Below, in pieces: positions 12,189 to 23,374 of a stretch of DNA of 64,000 nt. Source of the DNA: Setoptus koraiensis (taxonomy: Eukaryota > Animalia > Arthropoda); NCBI GenBank assembly GCA_048013815.1, contig CM106586.1, positions 8,432,001-8,496,000 on the forward strand. Reading direction: 5' to 3'. The translations under genes were made by a program, and so were the position numbers. How positions within the stretch are numbered: the first letter of the stretch is position 1; each line of letters opens with the position of its first letter. The notes beneath the pieces are model-generated. The model had not been told where the DNA came from and searched no databases. It saw only the letters and a list, made by a program, of their open reading frames with translations.

Positions 12189-15100
12189 ATGGACAACAAT
12201 AAATACAGATCCTACACACAGCAAATGGATAAGGCCCTCAAGGCTTTTGAATATACTACAGAATGGGCAGATTTGGTCAATGCTCTTGGTAAGGTCAACA
12301 AAGTTTTAGCCAATTATTCACAATTTCCAGTTATTCCACGCCGCTTTGTAGTTGGACAACGATTGGCACAATGTATGCACCCAGGACTACCCAATGGCGT
12401 CCAATTGAAGGCATTAGAAACTTATGATTTATTATTCAAGGCTATAGGAACAGATAGATTAATGCAGGAACTCAGCATATACTCTAATGGATTATTTCCG
12501 TTATTAAGTCACGCCGATTTAAATGTCAAGCCGGCCCTATTAGATTTATACGAATCACATTTTCTTCCATTGAATGAACGCCTCAGACCAGCATTGGATG
12601 GCTTCCTCATTGCCACATTGCATGGTCTTGAAGAGAACACCGATTTCTACAAAAGAACAAATGATTTGTTGTTACGAGTTTGCTCTGGTGTTGGTTCAGA
12701 TTATTTCTATGGCTCATTATGGAGATGTATATTAAATGATCCATCTGTTAGGTTGCACGGCATGAATTTTCTCATATCACATTTCAACAAGAAGCGGCCT
12801 CTTGAAAATCAAATGCACATCTTAGGTACATCCATTGAAACTCTTATTAATGCCATGTGTGTTTCATTGCTAGATACACGAAACGTTCTTGTTCAAAGAG
12901 CTGCCTTAGACTTATTATTATGTTGCTTTCCATTGCATAATCAGCAAATTGGACAAAATGATATGATAACGGTAGTCACTGCTTCCGTAACCGTTCTACT
13001 CAGGCGTGATACATCATTAAATAGGAGACTGCACGATTGGCTATTTAATAAGGATTTCAAAAAATCTGCCGATCTACCAATATATAACTCTAGCCAATCT
13101 AACACAAAAACATCCAGGGAGCAAAGAGAAAAAGAACGCAGGACATTATATTTTGAGACGTATGCTAAACAACTTGTGATAGAAGCATACAAAAATTGTC
13201 TTTCAAATCCATCAAGTATGATTAATATACCGAGCAGTTGGTCTAGTCTAGGTGATTTCTGGTGTTATCGACTTCTCATCTGCCAATTAGATCATAATGA
13301 AATATGCGAGTTAATAATTGATGAATTAAGCATCGAAATACTACGTGCAATGCGCATTGATTTCTATAATCAATCAGTAACCAAGCCTCAGCTTATCGGA
13401 ATTATGCAGAGACTTCTAGAGAGAATGGATATATGCTACATCTGGAGAAGGATTTCCATCTTGTTAAATAAATGCAAAGAAAAAGAAACTGAGACATCAG
13501 AAGGGCAGTCCGATGACAATATCAATGAGATGGGCGATAAAACTGTTGGTGCAGGGCCGACCAATATCTTGGAATTATGCGCCTTGTCTGACTTCATAAT
13601 GGATTCTATTCCCGTTCAAAACTATCTCAAGGAAGCCAAATCGCATCTCACGCTGACATTAAATGACATTCTTAAGCTTATGGATGAACAATGTGATAAA
13701 TTTATGGTTAACGAGTTTTTAGCCCTACTAAGAATCGTCAGACGTTTATTTCAAAATATAGATTTACATCCCAATGAAGATATATATGTTCAGGACTCGG
13801 GCTATCGTTATACATCCGACACTCCGATAAATTCAAATAGTATGACTTTAACTAATGAAAAAGTCATCGAGGATGATGAGTATGCAGAGGAGGTGGCCGA
13901 GCAATCAAGTGCCGAAAGTAGTAACCACAGTCACGCAAACAACGCCAATACTACCTTAGTACCACCGAGCATTTGTACACTAGTGGAGAATTATCAAAGT
14001 CTTTTCCACACGATTGTCATGCGACGACTTGTTTGCTCTCAACCTGGACTTCCGGATCATGTTAATATGAACACCAGGATAAACGAGTTGTATGTTGTGT
14101 GTAGTAACTATCTCCTTAGAAAATTGCCAGTTACAGGCTTAGAGCTCAAGATGCCGGTTATCTTCGTGGATAAAGATCTTGGTCGTGTTTACGAGAAGAT
14201 GTGCGAATTACTGCTGGACATATCCCACCTACCCATTGAGACATGCATTTCTGGCATCACATCGTCCGACGCTGCAACAACTAGTCAAAGTATTCGAGAC
14301 ACTCAGAGCCAAACATTCAACCTCGATTATTGTAAACCTTGGGTTAAAGATGTTATAATTCTGTCGGGATTCGCTGAAGATGCTGTATCGATCAACTACT
14401 CCTCAATCAAAGTTATACTTAATCTTCTCAGCGTTTTCAAATTGACCTTAGATTCTTCATTCGCGACATCCAATATGGTGGGGCAAGCGACAATGTTAAC
14501 CGAGGGAGAATATGCATACATATCGGATAAAACGTGTTGGTTTCAAATGGTGATGAAGAAACTGTGGGAGAATCTAAGATTTGGGCCAAAATGGATCTTG
14601 TATTTGGATACTGTAAATCTTATACAGCACCTACACAATCTCACCTTTCAGATGTCTGTCTGTGAAGATATCATATGTTGTAATATGAACTCGCCCGATG
14701 AGGCAATCGCCTACGAATCACGTAAAAGATTTGAGGAATTAATGTTTTCGATGCCCAGAGATATGAAATCTTTTTCGATGTTGAAGCATCGTGAATTGGA
14801 GCGACCTCTCTTCTTCATGCTAGACAGTCTGTCGCATAAAATGGACCCTTTTAATTGTTCTGGTGGGCATTGGTTATCTAGAGTATTCAAGTCCAACTTG
14901 ATATCGAGGGTATTAGAGCCGTCATTGCTCATTCTCTTGCACGTAGATACGGCAAGGATTCCAAGTTCCTGCACTGAAATAATTCTAAAGAATCAGCTCC
15001 ATTCGCATCTGTTATTCTATCCGCAAGTATATGACTCTCATCGGATTGCCTATGCCTTAAATACTTTATGGAACATAATTTCGGCTGAACCTCATAGAGG

Positions 15101-18100
15101 TCTCCTGAGCATGGCAAAATCTACTATAGGTACATCCTATGATCTACAAGTTCTGTATGGTCGTCACAGGAATTCTGTAGCTGGAAAAGACTTCCACGCC
15201 GATATAGTTATTGAAGGCCAATTTAGAAATATTTCGCTTCTAGAGGTTATAATAACTATCTGTCTGGACTACTTATGCGGTTATTATCTCAATTTGTCAC
15301 CAGCAAAACTAACGCAAGCAGAGATATTAGGCAATCAGCGAGTTCGTATACTCGCTTGCGAAATACTTAGAGGAATAATGAGCAACTTTATAGAAGCCAT
15401 CAAGAGTCGTCCTACATTTCTACCGTTGATTCATGACATGCTCAACAGATGTCAAGTTCAAAAAATAATCCTCCATTGCATCATAACTTCGGTTTATTGT
15501 GCTCAACAAGAGCAAAAAGAGCACTCTGATGAAGTTACATCGAGCGAGCTTATCGATCTTAATGATGGCGTAAGCGACAAGTCCTTCCGTGAAAATTTTC
15601 AGAAAACTTTGTTGCGTCTCTTGGAGGAAGTTCTCAAGTTGGAGTATAGAGTAGCACCAATCAATGTAATAACCGAGACTGAGTGTCCCAACGGAAGAAG
15701 AGAAAGTGATTCGAGATCAGCTAGAATCAGATATCAGCCAGATATTAACTCTAGTTCGCTGAAGTACTATCAAAATATATTGATATCGTCTCAATCGATG
15801 TTTTTGACGTCCATTCAGACTGCTCTTCAACAAGTGAATCAAGCAGGCCTTCACATGAACTGGCTGTCGATGATTGAAGCCACTCTTCCCATAGCTGGAA
15901 GATCTCTCACTCGACTGACAGTCTGTGTGATCACTCAACTCTGCCACAACCTCGAGGCCATATCGCAAATGATCATCGATGGAAAGGAGACGCAAGACCT
16001 CAAGCTAACTATGACTCCAAACTACTTATCTATACTGATAAAGAGCCTATCCACACTGGCGCACTATTGTCTTATAGATTCTTCGTCGAGTGGTTACGGT
16101 CATCAAGCATCGATGTCTTCGAACTTGACACAACGATCTGAGTCGTTGTCGACTCTGGCATCAAGCGCGGCGGTTGGACAATCACCAAATATAGCAAGTC
16201 TTTCACAAGGATGTGTATCTTCTGCAAGTTCTGTCACATTAACTAGTGCTGGAACCAACGGCCCTAGTAGCCTAGGTCCTCTTCATGCAATCTCCAACTT
16301 ATGGCATGTGTTTTCGCAGGATCAGAGTCAGGATAGTATGACCTCTTTCTCTTTGAATCAGGGGTCCACTCAAGGTGATCCATTGATCAATGCAAGAAAG
16401 ACAATACTGAGTAGACTGTCCAGAATCATTTCAGCCCTACTGCAAGTATGGAAAGCAATGGTGATTATAGAAAATTATTCAGACAGTGTTCCATGGCGAG
16501 TGTTAGGTTCACCCAGTGACGTCAAGAAGCAAATATTGAATTTTCTGTCGCCTATATCAGTGATACATGGAACGCACTTCATGAGCGCTATATCTGTTGT
16601 TTGGTATGATCTCAGAACGATTTCAACTGTAAGATCTAATGGTTTATCCAAGCGAGTAGTCATACCGACTTGCTCGGCCGACCAGAGTCTTCTCGTTCAA
16701 ATAATTGCAGCGATTCGTGTCCTACCTATGGAATCGGTGCTTCAAACCACTCGTCAAGTGATGCGCAGTCCCCCTCAAGCCCAAGATACACGAAACAAAC
16801 GCCGGATACCCATTGAGGTAGGCTTGCTTCAGTTCTTTTTGGCCTATATCAAAGAATATCCGGTATCTCAGCTACTGGAATGCTGGAAGTCATTGTTGCA
16901 GTTATTGAGGGAAGGAGTTCAGCTAGGTCCACCTGCGATGCCTTTGGCACAATTTCATCTACTAGCGATACTACATGAATTTGTGCAAACAGCCCCTCTC
17001 ATAGAAGACAGAAAAGACCAGAAAGACCTACAAGATGTTACTCAAAAATTGATTGATTCATTCACAAATGTAGTTGGAGCTCGCTTGGCTCAAACAAGAT
17101 GGCTAAGAAGTGGCCTCGAAGTTGAGCCAGGTCCTCAAAATGACGCTCTAGATGAGGAGAGTGCACTTGCTCTATTTGAGAAAAATTTTGGAACAGAAGT
17201 TCATGATGGTATATTCAGCGGCGAATCAAAACTTAGCGAACATTTCACAGATACTGATAGTATAATATCGACAACAACAAATAATACAAACACAAATACT
17301 GATGGCGACGATAGTTCATATCTCGCAAAATTCAGTGTTCAAGCGCTTAGTGCTTTGGCCGAATTCGTTGCTCCAGTGCTAGATGTTGTTTATGTCAGTG
17401 ATGAAAAGGAGAAAGTTGTCTCTTTGATAAACAGTATCATGTACTATGTGACACCATACTTGAAGAATCATCATCAGCACAACTCACCTAGCTTTCTCGC
17501 TTGCTCGCACCTGTTGTCTAGCATCTCCGGCTATCAGTATACGCGAAAGGCCTGGAGAAAGGATGCGCTAGAATTGTTGTTGGACTCTCAATTCTTTCAA
17601 ATGGACTCTTCGTGTATGGAACATTGGAAAGTTATTGTTGATCATCTTATGACACATGATAAAACAACTTTTCGCGATTTCCTATCTAGGATGTCGATCA
17701 ATCAAACCGGTGGAGCCTTGAAATTATTCGCAAGTCGCGATCAGGAGTTCGAGCAAAGAGCTTCACTCATTAAACGAATGGCATTTATTTTATTTTGTAG
17801 TGAGCGCGATCAATATCAAAAGTACATACCAGAAATTCAGGAAAAATTAATAGAATCATTGCGCGTCAGTCAGTCAGATATAGTGCAAGCGCAAATTATG
17901 TTATGTTTCAGGGTGCTTGTTATTCGTTCTTCAGCGCACCATTTAACATCATTGTGGCCTTTTGTATATACAGAGATGTTTCAAGTTTTACTAGAGATAG
18001 AGTCACAGTTTGAATCGGACAGCGAGAAACAGGAAGTCACCAACAACAGCAGTCGTTGTCAATTGTTTTTATATACATGCAAATTATTAGATATTGTTCT

Positions 18101-18467
18101 AGCCTTGCCTGCGGACTCCTTGCCACAGTTTCAAATGTATCGTTGGTCTTTCGTAAGTGGTTGCGATGATCCGCCGACTGATACTAGCAGCTCTACTCCA
18201 CCTTATGAGCCCCACTTAGTGCGCATTGAACGTCGACTCCGGAGTCGTAACCTCAATCCAACCCTTTTACCATGGAGGACTCACTTTCCTATATTGACAT
18301 TAAATAGAATTAGTGACCCAATGGAGCTCCATCCATTTTTCTATACACTAGTGAAGATGAATGAACGTGAAGAGCCCTGCAACAGCTCTAGTAGCGCATC
18401 AGGTGCAGATTTAGCCTTTATAGATTCAATCATAGAGAGTGATTTTCTCGAACCTTACGTCCAATAA
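12189..18467 (+). CDS. DOP1: Protein dopey-1 homolog (DOP1/pad-1 family, Golgi-endosome trafficking), 2092 aa, uninterrupted ORF
   Basis: N-terminal Dopey_N signature ([52 protein letters not shown]); C-terminal Dopey motifs ([30 protein letters not shown]-like, [34 protein letters not shown], ending DFLE). Confidence 0.97.
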   Translation: [2092 protein letters not shown]

Positions 18468-18551
18468 TATTTAAATCAATGCAATAAATTATACAATAAA
18501 TTTTTGAGCAACAGCACCATTACCCATAGTGGCATTAAGAGTCAACAGACA

Positions 18552-19990
18552 CTAAGAGTGCTAGTCAATGGTTGCATAGTTGAAACATGATCGAGATATC
18601 ATTATTAGATTTGCATTATTTCAATCATCGTCTTCGCCTAATATATTCTACTGTCTGCAGTTGCCTCAGTATATAGGCCCTCTCATTGCTCCGTCTCGGA
18701 TAGCTTATGATCTGTATTACTAAGAGTGCCAGTCAATGGTTGCATAGTTGAATTTTGATCGAGATATCATAATCAGATTGCCATTATTTCAATCATCATC
18801 TTCACCTAATATTTTCCATTATCTGCAGTTGCCTCGGTATGAAGGTCCTCTCATTGCTCTGTCTCAGATACTTTGTGATCTGTATTACTAAGAGTGCCAG
18901 TCAATGGTTGCATAGTTGAATTGTGATCGAGATATCATTAATAGATTAGCATTATTTCAATCAAATTGCATAGATAGATTTGTATACCACTGTCAGGCAC
19001 TCACCTATAGATTTGACTCGTTCGTTGGCATCCCCGCCTCATATTTGTGCTACCTGCAATTGCCTCAGAGTGGAGGCTTTCTCATTGCTCCCCCTCGGCT
19101 GTCTTAGGATCTGTATTACTAAGAGTGCCAGTCAATGGTTGCATTTATGTTTAGGTATATTAAACGATATGATATCAAGATATTACTATAAATAAATTTT
19201 CAATCAAGATACCTTTTAAGGCACTATTATTCTGCAAACCAATGACATGCACTCACCTAACAGTCACTGTTGCAAAATACAATCACCCTACGAGGGGCAC
19301 CTAAAGTGGATTAATTTCACATCGTCCTAAGAGTGCCAGTCAATGGTTGCATAGTGGAAGTATGATCGAGATATCATTATTAGATTAGCATTACTTCAAT
19401 AAATTTGCATAGATAGTTTTGTATACCATTGTCAGGCACTCACCTATAGATTTGACTTGTTAGTTGGTCCCTTCGCCTCATATCTTTGCTATCTGGAGTT
19501 GTCTCAGAATGGAGGCGCTCTCATAGCTCCTTCTTGGCTGTCCTATGATTTGTACAACTAAGAGTGCCAGTCAATGGTTGCATTAATATTTGGGTATATC
19601 AAATGAAATGATATCAAGATATTACTATACATAAATTTTCAATCAAGATACCTCTTAAGGCACTATTATTCTGCAAACCAATGACATGCACTCACCTAAC
19701 AGTCACTGTTGCAAAATACAATCACTCAACGAGAGGCACCTAAAATTGGATTGATCTCATATAGTCCTAAGAGTGCCAGTCAATGGTTGCATAGTGGAAG
19801 TATGATCGAGATATCATTATTAGATTAGCATTACTTCAATAAATTTGCATAGATAGTTTTGTATACCATTGTCAGGCACTCACCTATAGATTTGACTTGT
19901 TAGTTGGTCCCTTCGCCTCATATTTTTGCTATCCGAAGTTGTCTCAGAATGGAGTGCCTCTCATTGCTCCTTCTTGGCTGTCCCATGATT
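18552..19990 (-). repeat. Tandem array of 7 units (168,168,231,208,231,209,~225 nt) sharing a 26-nt core CTAAGAGTGCCAGTCAATGGTTGCAT (+ strand)
   Basis: Core starts at 18552 (one C>T variant), 18720, 18888, 19119, 19327, 19558, 19767; spacers fall into two alternating sequence types. Confidence 0.95.
18888..19883 (-). ncRNA. Putative spliced non-coding transcript with five hairpin introns (19883-19767, 19695-19558, 19443-19327, 19256-19119, 19004-18888)
   Basis: Each intron starts AG|GTGAGTGC and ends CATTGACTGGCACTCTTAG|; lengths 117 or 138 nt; exons of 114 and 70-71 nt that were checked have stops in all three frames. Confidence 0.55.
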
Positions 19991-20011
19991 TAAGACTGAT
20001 GCTGATCGCAC

Positions 20012-20021
20012 ATCTATATAC

Positions 20022-20052
<31 letters not shown>

Positions 20053-20420
20053 AATATATATTAATATATATACATATAGTGATACATCTCGGAATTTTAG
20101 CCTGCTTGTGTGTGTGTATGTGTGTGTGTGTGTTTGCGTGTTCGTTCGTCGCCGTCTCTGTCTGTCTGTCTCTTTCTCTCGTTCTACCTCGTACGCATTA
20201 GCAACGGCCGCAGTCATAGCGTTGATAGTGCTGCAGAACACAAAATGGCCGACCCAGCATGCTTGCGATTTGGTGCTCTGTACCTATAACACACATACAT
20301 ACAAATCCATACATACAAATACGTACATACGAATACATACATACAAATACATACATGCCACGAATATAGGTATAGCCATTGCCGTTGTTTGTGTACAATA
20401 CAATAACTAACTAGCATACT
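20012..20420. repeat. Simple-repeat spacer ((TA)n, (TG)n, (TACA)n) at the centre of the large inverted duplication
   Basis: Direct reading; lies between the two oppositely oriented repeat arrays. Confidence 0.85.
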
Positions 20421-20455
20421 AATATCTATATTCATCCAATATACCGGAAAATAAA

Positions 20456-21487
20456 TGCAAACATTGACCGGCACTCTTAGTTGTACAAATCATGGGACAG
20501 CCAAGACGGAGCTATGAGAGCGCCTCCATTCTGGGACAACTTCAGATAGCAAAGATATGAGGCGAAGGGGCCAACTAACAAGTCAAATCTATAGGTGAGT
20601 GCCTGACAATGGTATACAAAACTATCTATGCAAATTTATTGAAGTAATGCTAATCTAATAATGATATCTCGATCATACTTCCACTATGCAACCATTGACT
20701 GGCACTCTTAGGACGATGTGAAATTAATCCACTTTAGGTGCCCCTCGTAGGGTGATTGTATTTTGCAACAATGACTGTTAGGTGAGTGCATGTCATTGGT
20801 TTGCAGAATAATAGTGCCTTAAGAGGTATCTTGATTGGAAATTTATTTATATATATTTATATCTTGATATCATTTCATTTAATATACCCAAATATAAATG
20901 CAACCATTGACTGGCACTCTTAGTAATACAGATCATAGGACAGCCAAGAAGGAGCGATGGGAGAGCCTCCGTTCCGAGGCAACTCCAGATAGCGGAAAAT
21001 ATTAGGCGAAGATGCAAACAAGAAAAACATATAGGTGAGTGCCTGACAATGGTATACAAATCTATCTATGCAAATTTATTGAAGTAATGCTTATCTAATA
21101 ATGATATCTCGATCATACTTCCACTATGCAACCATTGACTGGCACTCTTAGTAATACAGATCACAAAGTATCTGAGACAGAGCAATGAGAGGACCTTCAT
21201 ACCGAGGCAACTGCAGATAATGGAAAATATTAGGTGAAGATGATGATTGAAATAATGGCAATCTGATTATGATATCTCGATCAAAATTCAACTATGCAAC
21301 CATTGACTGGCACTCTTAGTAATACAGATCATAAGCTATCCGAGACGGAGCAATGAGAGGGCCTATATACTGAGGCAACTGCAGACAGTAGAATATATTA
21401 GGCGAAGACGATGATTGAAATAATGCAAATCTAATAATGATATCTCGATCATGTTTCAACTATGCAACCATTGACTAGCACTCTTAG
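20456..21487 (+). repeat. Inverted copy of the hairpin-intron array: 6 cores, 3 complete introns (20595-20711, 20782-20923, 21035-21151)
   Basis: ATGCAACCATTGACTGGCACTCTTAG ends at 20711, 20923, 21151, 21319; variants end at 20480 and 21487; donors AG|GTGAGTGC at 20595, 20782, 21035. Confidence 0.92.
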
Positions 21488-21571
21488 TGTCTGTTGACTC
21501 TTAATGCCACTATGGGTAATGGTGCTGTTGCTCAAAAATTTATTGTATAATTTATTGCATTGATTTAAATA

Positions 21572-23358
21572 TTATTGGACGTAAGGTTCGAGAAAATCAC
21601 TCTCTATGATTGAATCTATAAAGGCTAAATCTGCACCTGATGCGCTACTAGAGCTGTTGCAGGGCTCTTCACGTTCATTCATCTTCACTAGTGTATAGAA
21701 AAATGGATGGAGCTCCATTGGGTCACTAATTCTATTTAATGTCAATATAGGAAAGTGAGTCCTCCATGGTAAAAGGGTTGGATTGAGGTTACGACTCCGG
21801 AGTCGACGTTCAATGCGCACTAAGTGGGGCTCATAAGGTGGAGTAGAGCTGCTAGTATCAGTCGGCGGATCATCGCAACCACTTACGAAAGACCAACGAT
21901 ACATTTGAAACTGTGGCAAGGAGTCCGCAGGCAAGGCTAGAACAATATCTAATAATTTGCATGTATATAAAAACAATTGACAACGACTGCTGTTGTTGGT
22001 GACTTCCTGTTTCTCGCTGTCCGATTCAAACTGTGACTCTATCTCTAGTAAAACTTGAAACATCTCTGTATATACAAAAGGCCACAATGATGTTAAATGG
22101 TGCGCTGAAGAACGAATAACAAGCACCCTGAAACATAACATAATTTGCGCTTGCACTATATCTGACTGACTGACGCGCAATGATTCTATTAATTTTTCCT
22201 GAATTTCTGGTATGTACTTTTGATATTGATCGCGCTCACTACAAAATAAAATAAATGCCATTCGTTTAATGAGTGAAGCTCTTTGCTCGAACTCCTGATC
22301 GCGACTTGCGAATAATTTCAAGGCTCCACCGGTTTGATTGATCGACATCCTAGATAGGAAATCGCGAAAAGTTGTTTTATCATGTGTCATAAGATGATCA
22401 ACAATAACTTTCCAATGTTCCATACACGAAGAGTCCATTTGAAAGAATTGAGAGTCCAACAACAATTCTAGCGCATCCTTTCTCCAGGCCTTTCGCGTAT
22501 ACTGATAGCCAGAGATGCTAGACAACAGGTGCGAGCAAGCGAGAAAGCTAGGTGAGTTGTGCTGATGATGATTCTTCAAGTATGGTGTCACATAGTACAT
22601 GATACTGTTTATCAAAGAGACAACTTTCTCCTTTTCATCACTGACATAAACAACATCTAGCACTGGAGCAACGATTCGGCCAAAGCACGAAGCGCTTGAA
22701 CACTGAATTTTGCGAGATATGAACTATCGTCGCCATCAGTATTTGTGTTTGTATTATTTGTTGTTGTCGATATTATACTATCAGTATCTGTGAAATGTTC
22801 GCTAAGTTTTGATTCGCCGCTGAATATACCATCATGAACTTCTGTTCCAAAATTTTTCTCAAATAGAGCAAGTGCACTCTCCTCATCGAGAGCGTCATTT
22901 TGAGGACCTGGCTCAACTTCGAGGCCACTTCTTAGCCACTTGTTGAGCAAGCGAGCTCCAACTAATTGGGAATGAATCCATCAATTTTTGAGTAACATCT
23001 TGTAGGTCTCTTTTATGGTCTTTTCTGTCTTCTATGAGAGGGCATGTTTGCACAAAATTCATGTAGTATGCAGTAGATGAATTGTGCCAAAGGCATCGCA
23101 GGTGGAACCTAGCTGAATCCTTCCCTCAATTAATGCAACATGACTTCAGCATTCCAGTAGCTGTGATACCGGATATTCTTTGATATAGGCCAAAAAGAAC
23201 TGAAGCAAGCCTACCTCAATGGGTAATCGGCGTTGTTTCGTGTATCTTGGGCTTGAGGGGGACTGCGCATCATTGGACGAGTGGTTTGAAGGATGGATTG
23301 CACGGAAAGTACGCGAATCGCTGCAATTATTTGAACAAGAAGTACTCTGGTCGGCCGA
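21572..23358 (-). pseudogene. Inverted partial Dopey duplicate, copy 1 (matches Dopey 16674-18467)
   Basis: 363-aa ORF 21572-22663 is identical to the Dopey C-terminus; a 1-nt deletion near 22676 and further indels toward 23300; no Dopey start codon or N-terminus. Confidence 0.85.
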
Positions 23359-23374
23359 CTGACACTATGACGAT

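Noticed and set aside
20014-20474. ORFs rich in Y/I/C/V/T/H in the palindrome centre
   Set aside because: Translations of (TA)n, (TG)n and (TACA)n repeats.
18552-21487. CRISPR array (constant 26-nt repeat with variable spacers)
   Set aside because: Spacers are 140-205 nt and homologous to each other, there are no cas genes, and the context is eukaryotic with spliceosomal signals.
21572-22663. 363-aa ORF as an independent functional gene
   Set aside because: It is an exact internal fragment of Dopey starting at a TTG exposed by a frameshift; no separate promoter or start evidence.
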